Positions 23,650 through 25,744 of a stretch of 25,744 bases of DNA are shown one piece after another (positions within the stretch are counted from its first letter, which is position 1; every line of letters begins with the position of its first letter). The translations under genes and the position numbers were made by a program. The notes below the pieces were generated by a model. That model made no database searches, was not told the DNA's origin, and saw nothing but the letters and a program-made list of their open reading frames with translations. The DNA comes from a virus (taxonomy: Duplodnaviria > Caudoviricetes): the IMG/VR virus record IMGVR_UViG_3300040985_002292, positions 1 through 25,744 of that record, one strand, 5' to 3'.

Positions 23650-24913
23650 GGTCGTTCTCCTCGGCGCCGTCGCGCCATTGCTTGGTGGTCTTGCCGGGCT
23701 CACTCGTCGCCAACATGACGACACTGGGCATGTTCATCTCGATGCGGACGTGGTCCTTCGGCACCGCCCGCGCCAGCCGCGCGTCGAAGCGCTCCCGCGC
23801 CTCGGGGGTGCACCGACACTTGTGCGTCGGATGTCCGAGGTAGCCGCAGGCGCAGGGGTTGGACGAGGCGATGAGCCAGAAGTCGGTAGGCAAGACCGCA
23901 GAGCCGGAGGCGCGCACAGCGGTCACATGCCCCAGGTCTTGCGCCTGCAGCGTCATCTCCATGACGTGTTGGCTGAACTCCGCGACCTCGTCGAGCATGA
24001 GCACACCACCGTGGGCCAGCACAGTCTCACCCGGGCGGTAGGCCCCGCTGCACAGCATGCCGGCCATCGAGATGGAGTGGTGCGGTGCTCGGAAGGGACG
24101 GCGCGGGCGGTCCTCCGGTCGTACGCCACCGGCGAGCAGCCCCGCCGCGGCGGAGATGCGGGCCGTGTCTCGCTGTTCCTCGACGGTCAGGTCGGGCAAC
24201 AACCCGACCGCGCGGGCCGCGAGCATCGTCTTGCCGCAGCCGGGGTTGCCGACCAGGAGCACGGGCGTCTTGGTCTTGGCGGCCAGCGCGAGCTGACGGA
24301 TGGCATCGTCCTGCCCGCGCACCTCGGCGAAGTCCAGGTCGCTGAGGCCACGGGTCCGGTTGGACAACGGGGGCGGGACGGGTGCGAACTCCTTGTCGTA
24401 TGCCTCGATGCTGACGTCATCTTCGGACAGCAGCTCGACCGCGTCGGTCAGGGTGGTGACTCCCCACGCCCGACCACCGTACGCATGGATGGTCTCGGCG
24501 CTCTCGTGGTCGGTGACCACGATCTTGTCGAGGTTGGACAGCCCGGCCACGATGGCGGCGGGCGTCGACCGCACGTTGCCCTCAAGGCTGAGCTCACCGA
24601 CCACGATGATGTGGTCGGGGATGGGTGTGCACCGCCGGTCGGCGACGAGGATGCTGACGGCGATGGGCAGGTCACACCCGACGCCACGCTTCCGCAGCTC
24701 GACGGGCGTGACGTTGACGACGACACGCATGCGGGGGAACGCGAAGCCACATGACTGCATGGCGCAGCGCACGCGCTCGGCCGTCTCCCGTGATGCGGTA
24801 GCCGACAGGCCGATGGTGACGAAGCCGGGCAGCCGGCGGACGAGGCTGACCTCGACCCCGACGGGGACGGACTCAACCCCGACGACGGTGGCGGTGTGGA
24901 CGGTGGTGTTCAT
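23642..24913 (-). CDS. comM: ComM/YifB Mg-chelatase-like AAA+ ATPase, C-terminally truncated
   Basis: VEV...LPGF.TIGL...ERVR.A, DLPIA, GELSLEG, EVRGQ, GNPGCGKTMLA, RPFRAPHH, PGE..LAHGGVLMLDE, NPCACG. Confidence 0.9.
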   Translation of the reverse strand: MNTTVHTATVVGVESVPVGVEVSLVRRLPGFVTIGLSATASRETAERVRCAMQSCGFAFPRMRVVVNVTPVELRKRGVGCDLPIAVSILVADRRCTPIPDHIIVVGELSLEGNVRSTPAAIVAGLSNLDKIVVTDHESAETIHAYGGRAWGVTTLTDAVELLSEDDVSIEAYDKEFAPVPPPLSNRTRGLSDLDFAEVRGQDDAIRQLALAAKTKTPVLLVGNPGCGKTMLAARAVGLLPDLTVEEQRDTARISAAAGLLAGGVRPEDRPRRPFRAPHHSISMAGMLCSGAYRPGETVLAHGGVLMLDEVAEFSQHVMEMTLQAQDLGHVTAVRASGSAVLPTDFWLIASSNPCACGYLGHPTHKCRCTPEARERFDARLARAVPKDHVRIEMNMPSVVMLATSEPGKTTKQWRDGAEENDHG

Positions 24914-25419
24914 GACTGCTCCGCGGCAAAACAGGAAAGGGTGGTGGTGGCGGGGATCACTCCCTCTTCGGCGAGGCTGCGCCAGTCGAGACCGGAGACC
25001 ACGACGTGGTCGATGAGCCTGATGCCGACGATGCGGCAGGCATCAACGAGCCGGTGGGTGACCTGGCGGTCCTCGTCGGACGGGGTCACGTCACCGCTCG
25101 GGTGGTTGTGGGCGATGGCGATGACTGAGGCGGGCTGCTCTTGCGTCAGTGCCCAGCGCAGGATGACGGCCGGGTCGACGATGGTGCAGTGGTTGTTGCC
25201 CACCGACACCACCTCCTTCGCCACCACGCGGTTGCGTCGGTCGATGGCGAAGACCGCCAGCTTCTCGACCTCACCCTTTCCGATGAGGGCGGCGGCGATA
25301 GGGCCGAGGTCGTGGGGCCCGGACAGCACGCGCTGTCGGCGGCCGCGGAGGACGCTGTCGACACGCGCCCTCATGTTGGGGTCACGGGCGAGGATGTCGT
25401 TGTAGTCGAGGTTCGACAT
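24910..25419 (-). CDS. radC: RadC-like JAB/MPN domain protein (short form)
   Basis: E...AHNHPSGDVTPSDED..VT..L...GIRLIDHVVV. ATG 25419 after AAGGAG. Confidence 0.92.
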   Translation of the reverse strand: MSNLDYNDILARDPNMRARVDSVLRGRRQRVLSGPHDLGPIAAALIGKGEVEKLAVFAIDRRNRVVAKEVVSVGNNHCTIVDPAVILRWALTQEQPASVIAIAHNHPSGDVTPSDEDRQVTHRLVDACRIVGIRLIDHVVVSGLDWRSLAEEGVIPATTTLSCFAAEQS

Positions 25420-25456
25420 GGTGTTGCTCCTTGAATGGTTGGGTGGTGGTCGGCGC

Positions 25457-25744
25457 TCAGTCGAGACGGCAGGGCATGATGACGAACAGCACGGCGCTGA
25501 CGTCCTCGACGATGTCCACGCTGCTGGTGTCGGGTTTGCACTTGATGGGGTCGAGCACACCCGTGAAGGTGAAGCCCCACACCTGCTGCCCGGTGCCGAG
25601 CTTGAGCGCTCGCCACACCTTCTGCATGATGACCAGCAGGTTGACGTCGATGCCGACGTGGTCGATCTCGGACTGCCCGTACGGAATGACCCGGCGGTAG
25701 TCGGGGAAGGTGATCAGCGACACGCTCTTCGGGTGGGCGGGGGG
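25457..25744 (-). CDS. DNA polymerase III beta-clamp-like protein, partial at the right edge
   Basis: FPDYRRVIP and terminal VIMPCR match beta-clamp linker and C-terminal motifs; the frame is open to the edge. Confidence 0.6.
   Translation of the reverse strand, partial: PPAHPKSVSLITFPDYRRVIPYGQSEIDHVGIDVNLLVIMQKVWRALKLGTGQQVWGFTFTGVLDPIKCKPDTSSVDIVEDVSAVLFVIMPCRLD

Larger units (their letters stand above)
1..25744. mobile_element. Phage/prophage replication and early-gene region
   Basis: Co-oriented, translationally coupled small ORFs; phage-type gene set (Sak4-like, Cas4-like, AEP primase, SF2 helicase, HNH, DUF932-like); no housekeeping operons. Confidence 0.9.

Noticed and set aside
23642-24913. 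Mg-chelatase (pigment synthesis) role or simple pseudogene call
   Set aside because: Motifs are ComM/YifB-type; the frame is uninterrupted and coupled to neighbours, so it is kept as a CDS, although decay is not excluded.

Overview
GC-rich bacteriophage (or prophage) DNA, densely coded and almost entirely on the minus strand, with many ATGA/GTGA stop-start overlaps. No structural, rRNA, tRNA or CRISPR genes are visible. The left part (1-11043) is a replication/recombination operon: AEP primase-polymerase, SF2 helicase with an HNH-bearing intein in its P-loop, Rnl2-type ligase, RNase HI, Cas4-like nuclease, HNH nuclease, Sak4-like ATPase and a probable SSB. It is driven by a near-consensus promoter (TTGACA-N17-TAACCT) back-to-back with the only plus-strand gene, a probably leaderless HTH protein. 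A CTTGTCnnACAAGGT palindrome lies on that promoter and recurs on the Sak4-like start codon. The right part (11624-25744) is an early/accessory region: SMC-like ATPase, PLD nuclease flanked by a 26-bp direct repeat, DUF932-like, GP88-like, many small Zn-finger/acidic proteins, and a clamp-like/RadC/ComM cluster. The most interesting candidate system is that cluster: the phage ComM keeps its cis-acting ATPase motifs but has lost the trans-acting ones. All family assignments come from motif recognition by eye; no searches were run.
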